DNA of 64,000 bases from Burkholderiales bacterium (GTDB taxonomy: Bacteria; Pseudomonadota; Gammaproteobacteria; Burkholderiales; SG8-39), in assembly GCA_038206915.1 (NCBI GenBank), contig JBBRAI010000007.1, positions 12,005-76,004 of the forward strand, given 5' to 3'. A program made the position numbers and the translations under genes. How positions within the stretch are numbered: position 1 is the first letter of the stretch; each line of letters starts with the position of its first letter. Shown piece by piece: positions 61,364-64,000 of this stretch. A model generated the notes under the pieces. That model searched no databases and was not told where the DNA came from. It saw only the letters and a program-made list of their open reading frames with translations.

Positions 61364-63309
61364 GCCGCGGGCCGCTCGGCACGGGGAGCGTCCGTCGGCA
61401 TTGCGTCACGGTTTGCCGGTTCGCGCGCAAGCCCAGGTGCAAAGCCGCGCTTCAGGTGTACCAGCAGCAAGGAAATCGCGGCCGGCGTCAGGCCGGAAAT
61501 GCGCGAAGCCTGACCTATGGTTTCGGGTTTGTGCTGATTCAGTTTTTGCTGCACTTCGCGCGACAAGCCGCGCACGCTGGCGTAGTCGAGGTCGCGCGGC
61601 AGCGCCGTCTGCTCGTGCAGTTCACGCCTGAGCACCTCGTCCCGCTGGCGCGTGATATAGCCGTCGTACTTGACCTGGATCTCCACCTGTTCCGCCACCG
61701 CCGGCTCCTGGACAGGTTCACCCGCCCCCGGCAGGGACATCAGGCTGGCATAGCTCACGTCCGGGCGGCGCAGCAACTCAGTGAGCGCATACTCTCGCCC
61801 TATGCCTTTACCTAAAACCCTCTCTGCATCTGCTTCGGGCAAGAGCCTGGGGTTGATCCAGGTGGATTTGAGCCGCTCGAGTTCTTTCGCGACGGCCTCG
61901 CGTTTGCGCTCGAACGCTTCCCAGCGCGCATCGTCGATCAGGCCAAGGCTGCGGCCAGTTTCCGTCAGGCGCAGGTCCGCGTTGTCCTCGCGCAGCATCA
62001 GGCGATATTCGGCGCGGCTAGTAAACATGCGATAGGGCTCGGATACGCCGCGGGTGATCAGGTCGTCCACGAGCACGCCGATATAGGCCTGGTCGCGGCG
62101 CGGGGACCAGCCCTCGCGGCCTTGCACCAGCAGGGCGGCGTTTATCCCGGCGAGCAGTCCCTGTGCCGCAGCCTCTTCGTAGCCGGTGGTGCCGTTGATC
62201 TGGCCGGCGAAAAACAGCCCGCCAATCGCCTTCGTTTCCAGGGTGACTTTGAGTCCGCGCGGGTCGAAGTAGTCGTACTCGATGGCATAACCGGGGCGCA
62301 GGATGTGCGCGCGCTCCAGGCCTTTGATCGAGCGCACCAGCGCCAGCTGCACGTCGAACGGCAGACTGGTCGAGATGCCGTTGGGGTAGAACTCGTTGGT
62401 GTTCAGGCCTTCGGGCTCGAGGAAGATCTGATGGCTGGACTTGCCGGCGAAGCGGTGGATCTTGTCTTCTATCGAGGGGCAATAGCGCGGTCCAACGCCT
62501 TCGATTACCCCGGTGTACATGGGCGAGCGGTCCAGACCGCCGCGGATGATTTCATGCGTACGCGCATTGGTGCTCGTGATCCAGCAAGGCAGTTGCCGCG
62601 GGTGCATTGCGCGGCTGCCCATGTACGAAAATACCGGGGCTGGATCGTCGCCGGGCTGTTCCTGCATGGCCGAGAAATCGATCGAGCGGCCGTCCAGGCG
62701 CGGCGGCGTTCCAGTTTTGAGGCGGCCCACCGGAAGCTTGAGTTCGCGCAACCGCGCCGCCAGGCTCAGCGAAGGCGGATCGCCCGCCCTTCCCGCCTGA
62801 AAATTGACCATGCCGACATGGATCAGCCCGGAAAGAAAGGTGCCCGTCGTCAGCACCACGGAGCGCGCGCTGAAGCGCACGCCGAGCTGCGTCACCACGC
62901 CGCTGACCCGCTCGCCGTTCAGCGAAAGATCGTCCACCGCCTGCTGAAACAAACTCAGGTTCGGCTGGTTTTCCAGACGCGCGCGGATCGCCTGCTTGTA
63001 GAGCAAGCGGTCGGCCTGTGCCCGGGTTGCGCGCACCGCGGCGCCCTTGCTCGAATTGAGCGTGCGAAACTGGATCCCGGCCGCGTCGGTCGCGATCGCC
63101 ATGGCGCCGCCCAGCGCATCGACCTCCTTGACCAGGTGCCCCTTGCCGATACCGCCGATCGACGGGTTGCAGGACATCTGCCCCAGCGTTTCGATGTTAT
63201 GCGTAAGCAGCAGGGTATTGCAGCCGGCGCGGGCCGCTGCGAGCGCGGCCTCGGTCCCGGCGTGCCCGCCGCCCACTACGATTACGTCGAATTCCAAGGG
63301 AAATTGCAT
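61360..63309 (-). CDS. mnmG: tRNA uridine 5-carboxymethylaminomethyl modification enzyme MnmG (GidA)
   Basis: 649 aa. [21 protein letters not shown] with a full GidA body. About 25 aa of extra Pro/Ala/Arg-rich C-terminus. Confidence 0.96.
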   Translation of the reverse strand: MQFPLEFDVIVVGGGHAGTEAALAAARAGCNTLLLTHNIETLGQMSCNPSIGGIGKGHLVKEVDALGGAMAIATDAAGIQFRTLNSSKGAAVRATRAQADRLLYKQAIRARLENQPNLSLFQQAVDDLSLNGERVSGVVTQLGVRFSARSVVLTTGTFLSGLIHVGMVNFQAGRAGDPPSLSLAARLRELKLPVGRLKTGTPPRLDGRSIDFSAMQEQPGDDPAPVFSYMGSRAMHPRQLPCWITSTNARTHEIIRGGLDRSPMYTGVIEGVGPRYCPSIEDKIHRFAGKSSHQIFLEPEGLNTNEFYPNGISTSLPFDVQLALVRSIKGLERAHILRPGYAIEYDYFDPRGLKVTLETKAIGGLFFAGQINGTTGYEEAAAQGLLAGINAALLVQGREGWSPRRDQAYIGVLVDDLITRGVSEPYRMFTSRAEYRLMLREDNADLRLTETGRSLGLIDDARWEAFERKREAVAKELERLKSTWINPRLLPEADAERVLGKGIGREYALTELLRRPDVSYASLMSLPGAGEPVQEPAVAEQVEIQVKYDGYITRQRDEVLRRELHEQTALPRDLDYASVRGLSREVQQKLNQHKPETIGQASRISGLTPAAISLLLVHLKRGFAPGLAREPANRDAMPTDAPRAERPAA

Positions 63310-63371
63310 ATGCCCGCTACGCTGCCGAAGAGGCGCGATTTTACGCTGAATTGAATCAAACCGTAAGCTGT

Positions 63372-63387
63372 TGTTCCACGTGGAACA
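63372..63387. other. parS centromere-like site (perfect palindrome)
   Basis: TGTTCCACGTGGAACA matches the canonical parS consensus tGTTNCACGTGAAACa at 15 of 16 positions and is fully palindromic. It lies 63 nt upstream of mnmG. Confidence 0.85.
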
Positions 63388-63470
63388 AGGTGAATTCTCC
63401 GCGTCGCCTCAAGCGCAGACCAATGCGCTTTTACATAGCGATTCGCTGGCGCGGAGGACCGGCGCGCAGA

Positions 63471-63486
63471 TGTTCCACGTGGAACC
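63471..63486. other. parS centromere-like site (second copy, one arm mismatch)
   Basis: TGTTCCACGTGGAACC, 99 bp from the first site. Confidence 0.8.
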
Positions 63487-63521
63487 AGACGCCGTGGACG
63501 GCGCCCGGCGAAGCGCTTTTG

Positions 63522-64000
63522 CTAGCCGGCGGCGCTGGAAACCAGGCCGAGATAACTTTCGATCACGCGCGGATCGGACGCGAGTTCCACGCTCGGCCCC
63601 TCGATGACCATGTCGCCGGTTTCCAGTACGTAGCCGTAGTCGGCCACCTGCAGCGCCGCGTGGGCGTTCTGCTCCACCAGCAAAATGGAAACGCCAGTCT
63701 CGCGCAGTGCGGCGATGACGCGAAAAATGTCGCGCACGATCAGCGGCGCCAACCCGAGGCTGGGTTCGTCCAGCATCAGCAGCCGCGGCCGGCTCATGAG
63801 CGCGCGGCCCAGCGCGAGCATCTGGCGCTCGCCTCCGGAAAGCGTGCCGGCCAGCTGCCGGCGGCGTTCCTGCAAGCGCGGAAACAATGCGTACACCTGG
63901 TCGAAATCGGCAGCGATAGTCTTGTCGCGCTTACGGTAGCGATGAAACGCCCCCAGCACCAGATTGTCCTCGACGGTCATGGCGGCAAACAGCTCGCGCC
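63522..64000 (-). CDS. LivF-type ABC transporter ATP-binding protein (partial, continues beyond window)
   Basis: C-terminal 159 codons are visible. LSGGERQML signature, LLMLDEPS Walker B, and a [10 protein letters not shown] tail. A paralogue of livF. Confidence 0.85.
   Translation of the reverse strand, partial: RELFAAMTVEDNLVLGAFHRYRKRDKTIAADFDQVYALFPRLQERRRQLAGTLSGGERQMLALGRALMSRPRLLMLDEPSLGLAPLIVRDIFRVIAALRETGVSILLVEQNAHAALQVADYGYVLETGDMVIEGPSVELASDPRVIESYLGLVSSAAG

Noticed and set aside
63310-63521. Possible oriC next to gidA/mnmG
   Set aside because: I could not find a cluster of TTATCCACA-like DnaA boxes or an AT-rich unwinding element. The palindromes are better explained as parS sites. 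Whole-chromosome GC skew would be needed to settle this.

Overview
GC-rich proteobacterial chromosome segment, most likely betaproteobacterial; this is a family-level impression and was not computed. I call about 75 protein-coding genes. I saw no rRNA, tRNA, CRISPR array, IS element or prophage.

Gene order:
- qor, then the cutA-dsbD pair, an SDR gene and a ferredoxin-NAD(P) reductase gene.
- The livKHMGF branched-chain amino acid ABC operon.
- ilvD, a YyaL-like thioredoxin-domain gene and a cytochrome c gene, followed by an EamA transporter gene, lgt and a DUF465 gene.
- An operon for a YdiJ-like FAD/Fe-S dehydrogenase, a TauE permease and a small protein, then a DsbA-like gene.
- A GntR-headed catabolic block: class V aminotransferase, two complete TRAP transporters, an enoyl-CoA hydratase and a family III CoA-transferase.
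- A glpD-HAD-TauE operon and an FKBP gene.
- An ECF sigma/NrsF-associated envelope methionine-oxidation repair cluster: a Met-rich MXKDX peptide, a YedY/MsrP-like Mo enzyme, cytochrome b, DUF1223, and exported MsrA and MsrB.
- An MFS transporter gene and a gene for a tandem cNMP-binding protein.
- An OxyR-linked rubrerythrin-rubredoxin-rubredoxin reductase operon, then hydrolase, GFA and TM2 genes.
- The complete atpIBEFHAGDC operon, then 1-Cys peroxiredoxin, thioesterase and pcm.
- parB-parA-rsmG-mnmG with two parS sites, and the start of a second Liv-type ABC operon.

The most interesting content is the sigma/anti-sigma-linked periplasmic Met-sulfoxide defence locus at about 36.5-41.7 kb. 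Three copies of one ECF-type promoter motif (TGTAAC[C/A]-N16-CGAA) can be read directly from the sequence there.

Several unusual repeat structures are also present:
- an in-frame 30-bp x about 3.7 tandem repeat inside the FAD/Fe-S dehydrogenase;
- a 72-bp tandem duplication between livG and livF;
- a chain of decayed duplications of the lgt 5' end.

Many long ORFs in the track are antisense shadows typical of high-GC DNA and were rejected.
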